Of a DNA stretch of 46,205 bases, positions 45,906 through 46,205 are shown one piece after another. Each line of letters begins with the position of its first letter. The first letter of the stretch is position 1. Source of the DNA: Deltaproteobacteria bacterium (lineage in GTDB: Bacteria; Myxococcota; JACRCW01); NCBI GenBank assembly GCA_016218805.1, contig JACRCW010000157.1, positions 62,001-108,205 on the forward strand, given 5' to 3'. The notes under the pieces were generated by a model. That model did no database searches, had not been told where the DNA came from, and saw only the letters and a program-made list of their open reading frames with translations. The translations under genes were made by a program, and so were the position numbers.

Positions 45906-46205
45906 ATGTCACTCAAGGGACTCACACTGCCGGAAGCCGAGGCGGAGCGCATCAAGAGCGGTGTGCCTGAGGTGCCCATCGCGTCGGTGCCGGGTGCTGC
46001 GGGCATGGAGCCCGGGCGGCCGGTGCGCCTGCTCGGCCCCCGCGGTGAGACGCTGGGCGCGGGGGTGGTGGACGTTGAGAACGAGGTGGTGCGCGCATGG
46101 ACGCTGGAGCCGGTGCAGGCGTTTGACGCGGCGTTCTTCAAGGCGCGGGTGCGGCGGGCGCTGGAGCTGCGGCGCGCGCTGGGCCTGGTGCTCCCAGAGG
46201 AGAGC
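45906..46205 (+). CDS. RlmI/RlmK-like SAM-dependent rRNA methyltransferase, N-terminal PUA-like part (runs off the window; not in ORF track)
   Basis: GAGGAG then ATG 45906: MSLKGLTLPEAEAERIKSG..EPGRPVRLLGPRGETLGAG..FDAAFFKARVRRALELRRALGL, typical of RlmI N-termini. The catalytic domain is not in the window. Confidence 0.68.
   Translation, partial: MSLKGLTLPEAEAERIKSGVPEVPIASVPGAAGMEPGRPVRLLGPRGETLGAGVVDVENEVVRAWTLEPVQAFDAAFFKARVRRALELRRALGLVLPEES

Overview
GC-rich bacterial DNA whose Cys/Ser-rich secreted proteins suggest Myxococcota (inference). (1) 1-8.5 kb is a defence-island-like block. A type I restriction-modification operon runs hsdM (one extra base, tandem SAP-like N-terminal extension), tcmP, DUF5131/Gp37-Gp68 radical-SAM-like gene, hsdS, then a DUF4365-like nuclease that runs off the left edge and is missing from the ORF track. 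Next to it are a 22-bp-period TATCCGGA array, a HEPN (RxxxxH) gene and an orphan helical protein. (2) 8.5-14 kb holds a beta-CASP nuclease, an EEP nuclease, a Tat/lipoprotein plus radical SAM/SPASM pair and a DUF4328-like membrane protein. (3) 14-35 kb holds large surface proteins (LamG, IPT/TIG, an active plus inactive DUF3857/transglutaminase pair, a 10x Sushi/CCP protein) and an AlkA-like glycosylase. (4) 35-46 kb holds a helical protein followed by 8 x 43-bp repeats, then a ~9.4-kb segment bracketed by a decayed and an intact copy of the 5' end of an RlmI-like gene. That segment carries an overlapping DUF262-HipA pair with no HipB, gene debris, a Cys-rich pseudo-PI-PLC lipoprotein and a LuxR regulator. 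I found no tRNA, rRNA, CRISPR array, integrase or transposase. All family calls come from motifs read by eye; no searches were run.
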